From Vicinamibacteria bacterium (GTDB lineage Bacteria > Acidobacteriota > Vicinamibacteria > Marinacidobacterales > Marinacidobacteraceae), in the NCBI GenBank assembly GCA_963555995.3, contig OY821641.1, positions 2,048,001 to 2,112,000 of the forward strand: DNA of 64,000 bases. The letters are read 5' to 3'. Positions 38,672 through 50,350 of this stretch are shown piece by piece (positions within the stretch are counted from its first letter, which is position 1; every line of letters begins with the position of its first letter). The translations under genes and the position numbers were made by a program. The notes beneath the pieces were generated by a model, which worked only from the letters and a program-made list of their open reading frames with translations, was not told where the DNA came from and searched no databases.

Positions 38672-39721
38672 TCAGTGTTGGAGGCGGTTGATGACCCGGA
38701 AGACGCCCGGGGTGCTGCGGGCGATGGACTCCAGGATCCGCGATTCGATGGCGCTCCGCACCACCCCGGTCAGGGCCACCACGCCCCTTGACACCACGAT
38801 GTGGATCGGGGGGTTGATCTGGTTGGCGCGGTCCGAGAAGCGGGGGTCCCGGTAGATCCGGTAGAAGAGCGCGCGGCGGAGGTCCTGGTCGTTGGGGGAG
38901 AGCGGCAGGACCTCGATCTGGTTGTCCACGCGCTTCACGCCGAAGACCCGGGCGACCCGCTTTTCGATCTCCGTCTTCTTGAAGGGCTCGGTGACCGCCC
39001 CCCGGAGGATGATCACGTAGGGCTCGTCCATGCCGAAGTTGATGTCGTCGAAGACCGTGTAGTAGGAGTAGCGGAGCACGGCGCTGCGGATCCCGTCCAC
39101 GAGGTCCTCCATGCTCTCGGGCTCCGCGACCTCGAGGTCCGGGTCCACCGCGAGCACGCCCTCGATCTTCTCGGCCCGCTCCACCACCTCGCGCCGCTCC
39201 CAGGCGCTCACCACCTGACCGGTGAGCCGGACGACGCCGCCGTTCACGCTGACCCGGGGATCGTTCCCGGCGAGGTCCGCGCGCTCGATCTCCCGCGCCA
39301 CGTCGGCGCGCACCGCGTCATCCGGCCGGGTGACCATCCCCTCGGGGCGCGGCGGCGGAGCGGCGGCCGCCTCGTCCTCGGGGGCGCCGGCGGATTCCGG
39401 ATCGCCGGCTTCCGCCTCCGGGTCCGCGAGGTCCTCCGGTTCGAGGACCGTGATGTCGGTTTCCACGGCGGTGACGCCGTCCACGAAGAGGGCGATCTCC
39501 ACGACCCGCGAGCGGGTGGTCTCGTTCAGCACCTCGCCGGAAAGGATCGCCACACCGTCGCGCACGTCCACCTCGAAGATGCCGATAGGCAGGTCGGCCT
39601 CCTCGATCGCGCCGACGATCTCGTCGCGCAGGAGCGTGTCGGAGCGCGGCTGGGCGGCCAGAGGCGCCGTCAGCAGAACGGAAAGGACGATCGAAACAAG
39701 GAGGGTCATGGACTTCTGCAT
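38672..39721 (-). CDS. Periplasmic multi-BON-domain protein
   Basis: Signal peptide and four BON-like repeats (GVAILSGEV, GVVRLTGQV, IILRGAV, GVVALTGVV). Confidence 0.85.
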   Translation of the reverse strand: MQKSMTLLVSIVLSVLLTAPLAAQPRSDTLLRDEIVGAIEEADLPIGIFEVDVRDGVAILSGEVLNETTRSRVVEIALFVDGVTAVETDITVLEPEDLADPEAEAGDPESAGAPEDEAAAAPPPRPEGMVTRPDDAVRADVAREIERADLAGNDPRVSVNGGVVRLTGQVVSAWERREVVERAEKIEGVLAVDPDLEVAEPESMEDLVDGIRSAVLRYSYYTVFDDINFGMDEPYVIILRGAVTEPFKKTEIEKRVARVFGVKRVDNQIEVLPLSPNDQDLRRALFYRIYRDPRFSDRANQINPPIHIVVSRGVVALTGVVRSAIESRILESIARSTPGVFRVINRLQH

Positions 39722-39746
39722 GGATTGTGGCCTGTATCCCCGAAAA

Positions 39747-39762
39747 TGCAACCGTCATGCCG
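39747..39762 (-). promoter_or_regulatory. Putative sigma-54 promoter of the BON gene
   Basis: Minus strand cGGCAtgacggTTGCA has GG-N10-GC spacing. Confidence 0.5.
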
Positions 39763-39766
39763 CCCG

Positions 39767-39929
39767 GGAGCGCCGGTCTTCAGACCGGCACAGCGGGCCG
39801 AAGGCCCGCGGATGACGTTCCCCCGTTGGGCTGTGATCCACCGAGAGAAAAGCCCCATCGCGCGGATCAGCGTCTTGCCGTGCGCTGCGCCGTGGCGCAG
39901 CGCGTGCCGGTCTGAAGACCGGCACTCCC
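39767..39929. repeat. REPIN-like element A2
   Basis: Inverted REP-A pair. Interior aligns with A1 and A3. Confidence 0.88.
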
Positions 39930-39931
39930 AG

Positions 39932-40441
39932 CTATTCGTCCTGGTACTGACCCGCGTAGGTTCGGTCGGCGGGGGCCGCGAGCTGGAAGAAGACCAGTTG
40001 GAGGATGCGGGCGTTCCGCGCGAGTTCGAGGCCGTCCGGGTGGTGGACGGTGAGGAGGGAGCCGCTGCGGCCGCGGTAGCCGGAGTCCCAGAGCGCGGTG
40101 CCGATCTGCGCGCCGCTGCGGAGCAGGGAGGACCGGGTGCGGCCGATGGCGAACACGTCCGGGGGGATGTTGACGACCTCGTTGTAACGCACCCACCAGG
40201 GGCCGGCGGCGAGCCGGTGGACGCCGTCCCCGTCAGGCGCGAGCGGCGCGGGGGACGGGATGCGGCGGGTCGCGTTGTCGAAGTCCACCCGGCCCGGGCC
40301 CGCGCCGAAGCGGCTCACCTCGGCGAGGGTGAGGTCCACCCCGTTCATCTGGATCTGGGTCTCCGGGTCCACCAGACCCGCAAGCAGCGGGGGATCGTCG
40401 TTCAGCCGCCGCCGGAGGGCGGCGCCCGCGATCAGTTCCAC
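39932..40441 (-). CDS. dUTPase/dCTP deaminase superfamily protein (archaeal-type dUTPase-like)
   Basis: QMNGVDLTL, RSSLLRSG, WDSGYRG, ARILQLVF, YAGQYQ motifs. Confidence 0.8.
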   Translation of the reverse strand: MELIAGAALRRRLNDDPPLLAGLVDPETQIQMNGVDLTLAEVSRFGAGPGRVDFDNATRRIPSPAPLAPDGDGVHRLAAGPWWVRYNEVVNIPPDVFAIGRTRSSLLRSGAQIGTALWDSGYRGRSGSLLTVHHPDGLELARNARILQLVFFQLAAPADRTYAGQYQDE

Positions 40442-40451
40442 GTCCGGAGAA

Positions 40452-41036
40452 TCAGCCCTCGGACTGGCCGGCGGCGCCGAGGATCGTGGGCAGGGTGATG
40501 TGCTCCTGGCCCTGGTACTTCCCCTTCTTGTCCCGGTAGCTGGTCTCGCAGTCCTCGTCGCTCTCGAAGAAGAGCACCTGGGCGATCCCCTCCCCGGCAT
40601 AGATGCGGCAGGGGAGCGGGGTGGTGTTCGAGATCTCGAGCGTGGCGTTCCCTTCCCACTCGGCGTCGAACCCGGTCACGTTGATGATGATCCCGCAGCG
40701 GGCGTAGGTGGACTTGCCGATGCAGATGCCGTACACGTTCCGCGGCATCCGGAAGTTCTCGACCGTGTTCGAGAGCGCGAAGGAGTTGGGCGGGATGACG
40801 CAGACCTCGCCCTTGTAGTCCACGAAGCTCTTCTGGTCGAAGTTCTTCGGGTCCACGATCGCGGTATGGACGTTCGTGAAGATCTTGAACTCGTCCGAGA
40901 CCCGAATGTCGTAGCCGTAGGCGGAGAGCCCGTAGGAGATGACCCCCTGCCCCACCTGGTGGTCCACGAAGGGATCAATGAGCCGGTGCTCCTCCGCCAT
41001 CCGGCGGATCCAGCGGTCCGGTTTGATGCTCGGCAG
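40452..41036 (-). CDS. dcd: dCTP deaminase
   Basis: [32 protein letters not shown] motifs. Similarity extends upstream to a CTG at 41036 ([13 protein letters not shown]). Confidence 0.93.
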   Translation of the reverse strand: MPSIKPDRWIRRMAEEHRLIDPFVDHQVGQGVISYGLSAYGYDIRVSDEFKIFTNVHTAIVDPKNFDQKSFVDYKGEVCVIPPNSFALSNTVENFRMPRNVYGICIGKSTYARCGIIINVTGFDAEWEGNATLEISNTTPLPCRIYAGEGIAQVLFFESDEDCETSYRDKKGKYQGQEHITLPTILGAAGQSEG

Positions 41037-41060
41037 TTCGGGGTTCCTCTCGCGGCGGGC

Positions 41061-41471
41061 TCAGGTCAGCTCGACGCCGGGGAAAAAGTACCCGAGTTCG
41101 AAGGCGGCAGTCTCGGGCGCGTCGGAGCCGTGGATCGCGTTCCGCTCGATCGAGGAGGCGAAGCGCGCCCGGATGGTGCCGGCAGCCGCTTCCGCCGGGT
41201 TCGTGGCCCCCATCAGGCGCCGCAGTTCGCCGATCGCGTCGTCCCGCTCCAGCGCCATGACGACGGCCGGACCGGAGGACATGAACTCGGTGAGGCTCGA
41301 GAAGAAGGGCCGCTCGCGGTGGACGGCGTAGAACCCCTCGGCCTCGGCCTTGGTGAGCCGGACGAGGCGCAGGGCCACCGGCCGGAAGCCGGCGGCCTCG
41401 AGCGTCTCGAGGATGGCGCCGGTCTTCCCCGCCGCCACCGCGTCGGGCTTCACGATGGAGAGCGTTCGCAT
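41061..41471 (-). CDS. ndk: Nucleoside diphosphate kinase
   Basis: RTLSIVKPDAV and NAIHGSD motifs. Confidence 0.97.
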   Translation of the reverse strand: MRTLSIVKPDAVAAGKTGAILETLEAAGFRPVALRLVRLTKAEAEGFYAVHRERPFFSSLTEFMSSGPAVVMALERDDAIGELRRLMGATNPAEAAAGTIRARFASSIERNAIHGSDAPETAAFELGYFFPGVELT

Positions 41472-41499
41472 GTGTCGTTTTCCTTCTATCCGTTTCCCG

Positions 41500-42372
41500 C
41501 TATCCCCGGAGCCGGGTTTCCATGGCCGCGCCCATCTCCGCCGGGCTCTCGACCACGGTGCACCCGGCCGAGCGGAGCGCCTCCATCTTGCCCGCGGCGG
41601 TCCCCTGCCCGCCCATCACGATGGCGCCGGCGTGACCCATCCGCCGTCCCGGGGGAGCCGTCTGGCCGGCGATGAAGGCGACCACCGGCTTCTTCAGCTC
41701 GCGCCGGATGAAGTCGGCCGCCTCTTCCTCGGCGCCGCCGCCGATCTCGCCGATGAGGATCACCGCCCCGGTGTCGTCGTCGGCCGCGAAGAGTTCGAGC
41801 ACGTCCACGAAGTTGGTCCCGATCACCGGGTCGCCGCCGATGCCCACGCAGGTGCTCTGGCCGATGCCGCGCTCGGAGAGCTGGTGGACCGCCTCGTAGG
41901 TCAGCGTCCCGCTCCGGGAGACGACCCCGACGTGGCCCTCCCGGTGGATGAACCCGGGCATGATGCCCACCTTCGCCTTGCCGGGCGAGATGACGCCGGG
42001 ACAGTTGGGGCCCAGAATCCGCGTGCCGCCCGGCGGGACGGTCCGCATGACCCGCACCATGTCGCGGGTCGGCACGCCCTCGGTGATGCTCACCACCAGG
42101 TCGAGCCCCGCGTCCACCGCCTCCGCGTAGGCGTCGGCGCAGAACGGGGGAGGAACGAGCACGAACCCGACGTTCGCGTGGGTCTTGGCCACCGCCTCCG
42201 CCACCGTGTCGAACACCGGGACGCCCACCGCCGTCTGGCCGCCCTTCCCCGGCACCACGCCGGCCACCAGGTCGGTGCCGTAGTCGCGGCAGGCCTCCGC
42301 GTGGAAGGCGCCTTCCCGTCCGGTGATCCCCTGGACGACGAGCCGGGTCTCGTTGCCGACCAGGACGCTCAT
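41500..42372 (-). CDS. sucD: Succinyl-CoA ligase alpha subunit
   Basis: [28 protein letters not shown] motifs. Confidence 0.97.
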   Translation of the reverse strand: MSVLVGNETRLVVQGITGREGAFHAEACRDYGTDLVAGVVPGKGGQTAVGVPVFDTVAEAVAKTHANVGFVLVPPPFCADAYAEAVDAGLDLVVSITEGVPTRDMVRVMRTVPPGGTRILGPNCPGVISPGKAKVGIMPGFIHREGHVGVVSRSGTLTYEAVHQLSERGIGQSTCVGIGGDPVIGTNFVDVLELFAADDDTGAVILIGEIGGGAEEEAADFIRRELKKPVVAFIAGQTAPPGRRMGHAGAIVMGGQGTAAGKMEALRSAGCTVVESPAEMGAAMETRLRG

Positions 42373-43541
42373 GCCGCCTCCTGGCCCGCGAGGCGCTTCA
42401 CCACCTGCCCGGCGGCGTCGCGCATCCCGTCCGCGGTGGTGAAATCGAGCCCCGACTCCTCGAGCATCCCGCGGGCGAGCTCCACGTTCGTCCCCTCCAT
42501 GCGGATCACGATCGGCAGCGTCACCCCGAGCTTCCGGACCGCGGCGATCAACCCCTTGGCAAGCCGGTCGCAGCGCAGGATGCCGCCGAAGATGTTGATC
42601 AGCACCACTCGCACCTCGGGGTCCGAGGAGAGGATGCGGAAGGCGTTTTCGATCTGCTCCGCGCTGGCGCCGCCCCCCACGTCGAGGAAGTTCGCCGGGG
42701 ACGCCCCGGCGAGCTTCACGATGTCCATGGTGGCCATCGCCAGCCCGGCCCCGTTCACCATGCAGCCCACCGAGCCGTCGAGCTTGATGTAGCTGAGGCG
42801 GTGCTTGCTGGCCTCGACCTCGAGCGGCGACTCCTCGTGGATGTCGCGGAGCGCCGCCACCTCGGGCTGGCGGAAGAGGGCGCTGTCGTCCACCGAGACC
42901 TTGGCGTCGAGCGCGAGGACGTCGCCGCCCTCGGTCACCAGCATCGGGTTGATCTCCACCTGGCTGGCGTCGAGACCCTCGAAGGCGCGGTAGAGCGCGG
43001 TGAGGAACTTCGTCCCGTTCCGGAAGACTGGCCCCTCGAAGCCGAGCCCGAAGGCGAGCCGCCGGGCCTGGAACGGCTGCATCCCGAGCGCCGGATCCAC
43101 CGTCACGGTGAGGATCTTCTCGGGCGTCTCCGCCGCCACCTCCTCGATGTCCATGCCCCCGGCGGCGCTCGCAACGCACATCGGCCGGCCGGTCGAACGG
43201 TCCACGATGAAGCTGACGTAGAGCTCGCGGGCGATGGCGACGCCCTCCTCGACCAGCAGCCGCCGCACCAGCCGGCCCTCGGGCCCGGTCTGCTTCGTGA
43301 CCAGGGTGGCGCCGAGGATCGCGTCCGCGGCGGCGCGCACCTCGTCCTCGGTGCGGGCGAGGCGCACCCCGCCGGCCTTGCCGCGCCCGCCGGCGTGGAT
43401 CTGCGCCTTCACCACCACCGGGAGGCCCAGTTCCGAGGCGGCGGCGACCGCCTCGTCCGCGCTGAACGCGACCTTGCCGCGCGGGATGGGGACGCCGTAC
43501 CCGGCGAGGAGCGCCTTGGCCTGGTGCTCGTGGAGGTTCAT
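42369..43541 (-). CDS. sucC: Succinyl-CoA ligase beta subunit
   Basis: [36 protein letters not shown] motifs. Confidence 0.97.
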   Translation of the reverse strand: MNLHEHQAKALLAGYGVPIPRGKVAFSADEAVAAASELGLPVVVKAQIHAGGRGKAGGVRLARTEDEVRAAADAILGATLVTKQTGPEGRLVRRLLVEEGVAIARELYVSFIVDRSTGRPMCVASAAGGMDIEEVAAETPEKILTVTVDPALGMQPFQARRLAFGLGFEGPVFRNGTKFLTALYRAFEGLDASQVEINPMLVTEGGDVLALDAKVSVDDSALFRQPEVAALRDIHEESPLEVEASKHRLSYIKLDGSVGCMVNGAGLAMATMDIVKLAGASPANFLDVGGGASAEQIENAFRILSSDPEVRVVLINIFGGILRCDRLAKGLIAAVRKLGVTLPIVIRMEGTNVELARGMLEESGLDFTTADGMRDAAGQVVKRLAGQEAA

Positions 43542-43547
43542 GCGAGG

Positions 43548-44474
43548 CTACACGCCGATCTTCTCGGTCAGTTCGCGGACCGCGGCGGCCGAGCGGTCGA
43601 GCGCGGCCTGCTCGTCCGGCGTGAGCTCGATCTGGACGACCCCCTCGACGCCGGCCCGGCCGAGTTTCACCGGGACGCCCAGGTAGAGGCCGTCCACCCC
43701 GTACTCGCCCTCCAGATAGGCGGCGCAGGGGAGGATCTTCTTCTTGTCCTTCAGGATCGCGTCCACCATCTCCACGATGGCCGCCGAGGGGGCGTAGTAG
43801 GCCGACCCCGTCTTCAGGTAGGCCACGATCTCGCCGCCGCCCTTCCGGGTGCGCTCGACGATCCGGTCAATCGCCTCCTGCGACATGAAGTCCGGCAGCG
43901 GGATTCCGGCGACCGTCGAGTAGCGCGGCAGCGGCACCATGTCGTCCCCGTGCCCGCCGAGCACGAAGGCGTGGACGTTCTCGACCGAGACGTTCACTTC
44001 CCGGGCGATGAAGGCCCGCATCCGCGCCGAGTCGAGGACGCCCGCCATGCCGACCACCCGGTGCTTCGGCAGCCCGCTGGCGCGGAGCGCGGTCTGCACC
44101 ATCGCGTCGAGCGGGTTCGAGACCACCACCAGGATCGCGTCCGGCGAGTGCTCCATCGCCTGCCGGGTGACGCTGCTCACGATCTCGTAGTTCTTCCGCA
44201 GCAGGTCGTCCCGGCTCATCCCGGCCTTCCGGGGCAGCCCGGCGGTGATGACCACCACGTCGGAACCCGCGGTGTCGGCGTAGTCGGTGGTGCCGCGCAC
44301 CTCGACGTCGCTGCCGGTGACCGGGCAGGCCTCCAGCATGTCGAGGCCCTTCCCCTGGGGGATGCCGTCCACGATGTCAATGAGGACCACGTCGGCGAGC
44401 TCGGCGTCGGCGAGCCGCTGGGCGGCGGTGGCGCCGACGTTCCCGGCGCCCACCACGGTCACTTTCGGTCGCAT
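43548..44474 (-). CDS. mdh: Malate dehydrogenase (LDH-like)
   Basis: [27 protein letters not shown] motifs. Confidence 0.96.
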   Translation of the reverse strand: MRPKVTVVGAGNVGATAAQRLADAELADVVLIDIVDGIPQGKGLDMLEACPVTGSDVEVRGTTDYADTAGSDVVVITAGLPRKAGMSRDDLLRKNYEIVSSVTRQAMEHSPDAILVVVSNPLDAMVQTALRASGLPKHRVVGMAGVLDSARMRAFIAREVNVSVENVHAFVLGGHGDDMVPLPRYSTVAGIPLPDFMSQEAIDRIVERTRKGGGEIVAYLKTGSAYYAPSAAIVEMVDAILKDKKKILPCAAYLEGEYGVDGLYLGVPVKLGRAGVEGVVQIELTPDEQAALDRSAAAVRELTEKIGV

Positions 44475-44520
44475 CGGCAACCTCCTTCGGCGGATCGTCC
44501 TTCTGGTGGGGAGCCGCGGA

Positions 44521-45921
<1,401 letters not shown>

Positions 45922-46083
45922 GAACTCTCTTCGGGAAAGGGGTTGCCGGGATGGCGCGCGGAACCGCCGGGGTCCCCCCACGCGCCGTTCATCGCACGGG
46001 GAAGGCCCGGCGAAAGGATCCGTCGGAACGCCGCCGCAACCCAGGCGCGGCAGCCGTCCATCCCGCCGGGCGCACCGGGAATT

Positions 46084-46361
46084 CTAGCAGCCTTTGGACA
46101 AAGTCACGTGAGCATCGAGAACGGCCAGGCGCCCGGCTGACAAGGCGCGTGAGGGAGGAATACCGGGTGTATTCCGACCGAACGCAACGATGTGGGGCGC
46201 GGAGCGGCCCGTTCAGCCGGGATGCACCGTCCCGTTCGTTTCCGGAGCGGGGCGGGAGCCCCGCGGAGACCCCTTGAGCACGAAGCATGGGGGACGGCGA
46301 CAGTCGGCCCGCATGTTTCGTAGCTCGGGAATGCCGCGTGACTTTGTTCACAGGCTGCTGG
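46084..46361. mobile_element. MITE-like element (family M) with 25-bp terminal inverted repeats
   Basis: ctagcagcctttggacaaagtcacg ... cgtgactttgttcacaggctgctgg. Core shared with 1037-1217. Confidence 0.8.
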
Positions 46362-46448
46362 CGGCCCCGGGGCGGGCTTTGACGCGGCAAAACACATCCC
46401 GGTACCGTCCCCCCTCGCTTGGCGCGGGTCGCCGACGAGGATGCCATC

Positions 46449-47120
46449 GTGAAGACAGCCACCACCGCCGTCCTGCTCCTGCTGGCGGCGGGCGTCGCCG
46501 GGTTCACGGCCTCCGCGTGCTTCCGGGCGCCGCGGACACCGCCGCCCCCGCCGCACGAGCCGCCCCCACCCCGGCCGGCGCCGCTCCCGCCGCCTCCCCC
46601 GCCCCCACCGCCGCTGCCGCCGCCCGACGCGGTGGACCTCGCCTGCGACGCGGGCGAGACGGCGTCGCCGGACGTGTTCCTCTCCATGCTCCCGCAGTGC
46701 GGCGACCGGGTGAACGTGGTGTCGCTCGGGGCCTCCCCCGGAGAGTTCGCCCGCCTCCTCCGCGAACGGACCCCCACGAACCTCCTCGCCCTGACCGCGC
46801 CGGACGCACTGGCCGCCGTGCTGGACAAGTCCCGCGACCGGGTCACGTTCGTCCTCCTCTCCGGCACGGAGAGCCCCCTCGACCCGATCCTCACCGCCCG
46901 CGACGCCCACGCACCGAACACCGTCCTGGTCGCATTCGGCGAGGCCGCCGCACCGGCCCCCGAAGACACCCACCGGCTCCTCCGCGTCCCACCGGACGAC
47001 CCACCGACCATCCCCAGCCTCGCCCACCGCATCTTCCACACCGTCACCACGAACTGCCACGACCTCTTCGGCCTCCCCACCGGCCCCCAGGGCGCCCGCC
47101 ACTGCCAACTACACCCGTGA
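46449..47120 (+). CDS. Proline-rich putative lipoprotein
   Basis: Signal peptide ending ASAC, poly-Pro linker, then an alpha/beta domain with four Cys. Confidence 0.55.
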   Translation: MKTATTAVLLLLAAGVAGFTASACFRAPRTPPPPPHEPPPPRPAPLPPPPPPPPPLPPPDAVDLACDAGETASPDVFLSMLPQCGDRVNVVSLGASPGEFARLLRERTPTNLLALTAPDALAAVLDKSRDRVTFVLLSGTESPLDPILTARDAHAPNTVLVAFGEAAAPAPEDTHRLLRVPPDDPPTIPSLAHRIFHTVTTNCHDLFGLPTGPQGARHCQLHP

Positions 47121-47138
47121 CCCGACGGGTTCAGGGAG

Positions 47139-47290
47139 GGAGCGCCGGTCTTCAGACCGGCACAGCGGGCCAAAGGCCCGCGGATGTCGTACCGCTGTTT
47201 GCCGTGATGGACCAAGAGTCGAACGCCATCTCGCCGGGCAGCGTCGTGCCGTGCGCCGCGCTGTCGCGCAGCGCGTGCCGGTCTGAAGGC
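47139..47290. repeat. REPIN-like element A3 (right REP truncated)
   Basis: ggagcgccggtcttcagaccggcacagcgggccaaaggcccgc ... gcgcgtgccggtctgaag. Confidence 0.85.
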
Positions 47291-47363
47291 CCCCACCGGA
47301 AGAAACCGTCATGATCGGTCCACCTGCACACCCCGCCGGTCATGAAAACGGCGGAAACGGCCT

Positions 47364-47540
47364 GGAACGCCGGCTTCAGCCGGCACAGCCCGCCGCAGGC
47401 GGGCGGCGGGAAGGATCTCATCTGCCGGGACGGCTCGGCTGCGCGCGCCAACCCACCCGGGGTAGCGAGGAACCACCCGCGGCCCTGCGGGCCGCTGTGC
47501 CGGCTGAAGCCGGCGTTCCAAGCCGGCGGCGCCATCACGG
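47364..47540. repeat. REPIN-like element B2
   Basis: Inverted REP-B pair. Closely similar, in reverse orientation, to 58958-59134, including the flank gccggcggcgccatcacgg. Confidence 0.88.
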
Positions 47541-47661
47541 TACCTGGCCGAGCCGCGGGACTCCTTACACAGCAGACCCGCCCTGATGACACGCCGCGCA
47601 GCCGGCAGGCTCGGACCGGGAGATGGGCCGAATCACATGTTCGAGGCGGCGCTTCCCTTCG

Positions 47662-48849
47662 TCAGCGCGCTGCGAAGAACCGCTGGATCCGGCCTACGCC
47701 GTCGTCAATGACCTCGTCCGAGGTGGCGTAGCTGAGCCGGAGGTGGGCGTCGTGTCCGAAGGCGATGCCGGGGACGGTGGCCACCCGCTGCTCGTCGAGC
47801 AGCGCCGCGGCGAGCGCGGCGGAACCCTCCCCCGGGCGCAACACCGCCTCGAAGTTCGGGAAGAGGTAGAAGCCGCCGTCGGCGGCCCCGCAGCGGAGCC
47901 CCTCGATCTCGAGAAGGCCGTCGCGCATCCGCACCATGCGGCGCGCGAACTCGCGCGTCATCCAGGCGAACTCCTCCGGGTCCGCCGTCACCGCGGCCAG
48001 CGCCGCCTTCTGCGAAATGGAGCTTGCGTTGGACGTCATCTGGCTCTGCAGCGACGCGGCCCCCTTGATGACCGGTTCCGGGCCGATCGCCCACCCGAGA
48101 CGCCAGCCCGTCATGCAGTAGCTCTTCGACGCGCCGCCCGCCACGACGAACCGGTGCCCGAGGATGTCCTGCATCCGGCGGTAGCAACCCTCCGGGGCCG
48201 GCTTGAAGGTGAGCCGGGCGTAGGTGTCGTCCCACAGGAGATACGCGTCGGCCTCCAGCGCCAACTCGGCCACCGCTTCCAGTTCGGCCGCCGACAGGAC
48301 CACTCCCGAGGGATTCCCCGGGATGTTGAAGATGATGCAGCGGGTCCGGTCGGTCACGGCGGGCTCGATGACCTCGCGGGTGGGCCGGAAACCGGAATCC
48401 TCCCCCGCACGGGCAAGGACCGGCGCGGCCCCGGCGATCTTCACCTGCTCCGGAAACGTCGGCCAGTACGGCGTCGGGATCACCACCTCGTCCCCCTCCT
48501 CGCAGGTGGCGAGCAGCAGCCCGGTGAGGGCGTGCTTCCCTCCCGACGTGATGAGGACCTTCCCGGCCCCGAAGTCCAAGTCGAAGTCGCGGCGGTAGCT
48601 CTCCGCCACCGCGGCCCGGAGGTCCGGCGCGCCCGGGTTCGGGGTGTAGCGGGTGTAGCCGGACTCGATGGCCCGAATCCCGGCCTCGCGCGCCAACGGC
48701 GGAGTATCGAAGTCGGGCTGGCCGGCCGAGAAGTCCACGACGTTCTCCCCGGCGGCCTTGAGACGCATCGCCTCCGCCATCACCGCCATGGTGGGCGAAG
48801 GGGACACGGCGCTGACCCGCGCCGCGAGGTGGATTGCCGGATCGGTCAT
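47662..48849 (-). CDS. Class I/II (aspartate-type) aminotransferase
   Basis: GQPDFDTP, PGNPSG, DDTY, SKSYCMTGWRLG, RLSYA motifs. Confidence 0.92.
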   Translation of the reverse strand: MTDPAIHLAARVSAVSPSPTMAVMAEAMRLKAAGENVVDFSAGQPDFDTPPLAREAGIRAIESGYTRYTPNPGAPDLRAAVAESYRRDFDLDFGAGKVLITSGGKHALTGLLLATCEEGDEVVIPTPYWPTFPEQVKIAGAAPVLARAGEDSGFRPTREVIEPAVTDRTRCIIFNIPGNPSGVVLSAAELEAVAELALEADAYLLWDDTYARLTFKPAPEGCYRRMQDILGHRFVVAGGASKSYCMTGWRLGWAIGPEPVIKGAASLQSQMTSNASSISQKAALAAVTADPEEFAWMTREFARRMVRMRDGLLEIEGLRCGAADGGFYLFPNFEAVLRPGEGSAALAAALLDEQRVATVPGIAFGHDAHLRLSYATSDEVIDDGVGRIQRFFAAR

Positions 48850-48886
48850 GGGCGGATTCCTGGATCGGCCACCAGGCGGGGCCGGA

Positions 48887-49384
48887 TCAGTCTGTGGACG
48901 AGAACTTCTCCACGAGCCGGTGCGCCACCGGGTCGGGGACGAGGCCCGTCACGTCGCCGGAGAGCGCGGCGATCTCCTTGATCAGCCGCGAACTCACGTA
49001 GGAGTATTCCTCGGCGGGCGTCAGGAAGACCGTCTCCACCTCGGGCGCGAGCCGCCGGTTCATGAGCGCCATCTGGAACTCGTACTCGAAGTCCGAGACG
49101 GCGCGGATACCGCGCACGATGGCGGCCGCGCCCCGGCTGCGGGCGTAACCGACGAGCAGCCCCGAGAAGGCGTCGGCTTCCACCCGGGGATCGTTCGAAA
49201 ACGTCGCGCGGATGAAATCGAGCCGCTCCGCCACGGTGAAGAGCGGCGCCTTGCCCGCGTTGTGGAGCACGGCGACGACCACCCGATCAAATTGTCGGGC
49301 CGCCCGCCGGATGATGTCCACGTGCCCGAGCGTGAGCGGGTCAAAGGACCCCGGGCAGATGGCCAGGCGGGAGGTCGGTTCCAA
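48887..49384 (-). CDS. coaD: Phosphopantetheine adenylyltransferase
   Basis: PGSFDPLTLGH, RGIRAVSDFEYE, SSRLIKE motifs. Start approximate. Confidence 0.95.
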   Translation of the reverse strand: MEPTSRLAICPGSFDPLTLGHVDIIRRAARQFDRVVVAVLHNAGKAPLFTVAERLDFIRATFSNDPRVEADAFSGLLVGYARSRGAAAIVRGIRAVSDFEYEFQMALMNRRLAPEVETVFLTPAEEYSYVSSRLIKEIAALSGDVTGLVPDPVAHRLVEKFSSTD

Positions 49385-49625
49385 GTTCAGCGCCGGTCCT
49401 TGAGACGTGGAAGGAGACGTGGGGAGACGCGGGCGAAACCTAGCATAGGACCGGCCCCGTGGAACCGAAGGCCCGCTGAGGGCGCGTCGTCCCATCGGCC
49501 GCAACCCCTTTCCGGACCGCCCCGTACGAGCCCGTCCAGCGGCTCCAAACTGCCTCTTCGCTTCGACTTTTCCACATTTGGGCCGAATTCGGGGGTCAAG
49601 CGGGAAAAAATCCGGCGATTTACGT

Positions 49626-50279
49626 CTAGGTCTCTGTGACCACTCGCTCGCTCGCCTTTTCCCGCCGGTACAGCGAGAACGCGCCGTCCCCGGCGGCCGT
49701 CGTGCGGACCCTCACCCCGACGGGTGGACATGCCTCGGCCCCGGGTCCACTCTCCGGACCGGCGGCCACGCTCGCCGGCGCCGTCCACGAGGAGCGGTGC
49801 TCCGCCACCACCAGCGGCGCGAGACCGACGGCCCCCCGCAGCAGCTCCACGCCCCGCTCCGATTCCCAGACCTCCCAGGGCGGGTCGAGGAACGCCACGT
49901 CGAACGCCCTGCCGGCCGCGAGGAACCGCCGCAGTTCCCGGAGCGCGTCTCCGACCACCAGCTCGAAGGCACTCGTCCCGAGCCGGGCCGCGTTCCGTTC
50001 GATGATCCGGCCCAGCCGCGGAGACCGCTCCACGAACACGCACCCGCGCGCGCCGCGCGAGAGCGCCTCGAAACCCAGGGTCCCTACCCCCGCGCACAGG
50101 TCGAGGACCCGCGCCCCCTCCATCTCCCCGGCCAGCACCGAGAAGAGGCTCTTTCGCAGCCGAACCGCCGTCGGCCGGGCCCGCTCGGCCGCCCGGGCCG
50201 GCCCGCCGCCGGAACCGGCGCGCGGGGGACCGGTCAGGACCCGGCCCCGGAACACGCCACCCGCGATCCGCACGCTCAT
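49626..50279 (-). CDS. rsmD: 16S rRNA m2G966 methyltransferase
   Basis: RIAGG..RGR, RPT, DLCAGVG.LG.EALSRGA, FLDPPW motifs. Adjacent to coaD. Confidence 0.88.
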   Translation of the reverse strand: MSVRIAGGVFRGRVLTGPPRAGSGGGPARAAERARPTAVRLRKSLFSVLAGEMEGARVLDLCAGVGTLGFEALSRGARGCVFVERSPRLGRIIERNAARLGTSAFELVVGDALRELRRFLAAGRAFDVAFLDPPWEVWESERGVELLRGAVGLAPLVVAEHRSSWTAPASVAAGPESGPGAEACPPVGVRVRTTAAGDGAFSLYRREKASERVVTET

Positions 50280-50350
50280 CGTCGGATCCCGTCTTCACCC
50301 ACCGGCAGCCGGCTCTCCCGGAGTCCGGCGCCGCGCCTCAAGGAGTCATC

